From the NCBI GenBank assembly GCA_008363385.1, contig RHKY01000034.1, positions 14,903 to 78,902 on the forward strand: DNA of 64,000 nt. Direction: 5' to 3'. Under the pieces are notes generated by a model. The model made no database searches. It was not told where the DNA came from and was given only the letters and a program-made list of their open reading frames with translations. Shown in pieces: positions 63,696 to 64,000 of this stretch. The translations under genes were made by a program, and so were the position numbers. The DNA is from Acidobacteriota bacterium (GTDB taxonomy: Bacteria; Acidobacteriota; Thermoanaerobaculia; UBA5066). Positions within the stretch are counted from its first letter, which is position 1. Every line of letters starts with the position of its first letter.

Positions 63696-64000
63696 AGGGA
63701 CACGGCCGACGCGACGGACCGGCGCTCGCCGCTGATGCTGCGGTCAGGCACCGCTCACCCTCCTCGGCGTGGGCTCCGCTCGTGAGGCCGGACCTCCTCT
63801 CCGAAGCGACGAAGCTCCCCCCGGTCGTCTGCCCGGCCGGCCCCCCTCTACGTCGCCTTCCGGGTGCTCGTCCTCCTCCCGGGTCCCCGCGCGGAGGCGC
63901 CGGGCCCGACGGGGAGCGGCCGTCCCGGCACCAGCCCGCGCAGGAACGTCTCGACGGGGAGGCACCACACGTCGCCGACCCGGAGCCTCTCCGTGCCTCG

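Noticed and set aside
60083-63751. ORFs 60083..60778 (-), 60451..61224 (-), 61288..63384 (-), 61551..63695 N-terminal part, 62376..63751 (-)
   Set aside because: Antisense or alternative frames of the MoxR, peptidase-vWA and MAT-like genes; R/A/G/P-rich.
1-64000. Search for CRISPR arrays, rRNA, tRNA, integrase or transposase genes
   Set aside because: No regularly spaced short repeats with unique spacers were seen, no rRNA-like conserved stretches, no convincing tRNA cloverleaf, and no recognisable DDE or tyrosine-recombinase motifs in any credible ORF.

Overview
This 64 kb window is from a very GC-rich (~72-73 %) bacterial chromosome; the lineage cannot be assigned from sequence alone, though tandem TolB-propeller Ser/Thr kinases are suggestive of a Myxococcota- or Acidobacteria-like genome. 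I support about 55 genes by reading ORFs against remembered protein-family motifs. No rRNA, tRNA, CRISPR array or recognisable transposase or integrase was found.

Most long ORFs in the six-frame track are antisense or out-of-frame artefacts of the high GC content (Arg/Pro/Gly-rich translations) and were discarded.

Main gene blocks, in order:
- leuC/leuD, pheA, a membrane fatty-acid desaturase, and an Mla-like lipid-transport operon (mlaE, mlaF, mlaD, lipoprotein) with GTGA/ATGA start-stop overlaps.
- Two dienelactone/alpha-beta hydrolases.
- A corrinoid methyltransferase cluster that lacks a pterin/methyl-THF domain: MttB-family methyltransferase, MetH-type reactivation domain, B12-binding protein, and a homocysteine-binding (MetH N-terminal-like) methyltransferase.
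- A very large sensor Ser/Thr kinase carrying an N-terminal Reg_prop/Y_Y_Y periplasmic propeller.
- An accessory/defence-like island (about 21.9-31.2 kb): C39-like cysteine peptidase, a 1042-aa PLD-nuclease/SF2-helicase/DUF3427 protein, vapBC, a Phd antitoxin, hypothetical genes, an XRE regulator, lower-GC secreted proteins, a ~95-bp tandem repeat, and a beta-lactamase-family hydrolase.
- tpx and a pyruvate:ferredoxin oxidoreductase gene that appears frameshifted.
- Two tandem paralogous Ser/Thr kinase/TolB-propeller genes.
- A single ORF fusing a type IA topoisomerase (TopoIII-like) to a RecQ helicase with an HRDC-like tail.
- cydAB, an AtoE transporter, and a CPBP protease.
- A MoxR-vWA conflict-system-like locus: two tandem vWA paralogs with a Cys4 C-terminal domain, hicAB, a MoxR AAA+ ATPase, a small protein, a HExxH-metallopeptidase/vWA protein, and an archaeal-type SAM-synthetase-like protein.

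Coordinates of internal start codons are given to within about 3 nt. Every functional call is from motif recall; no search was run.
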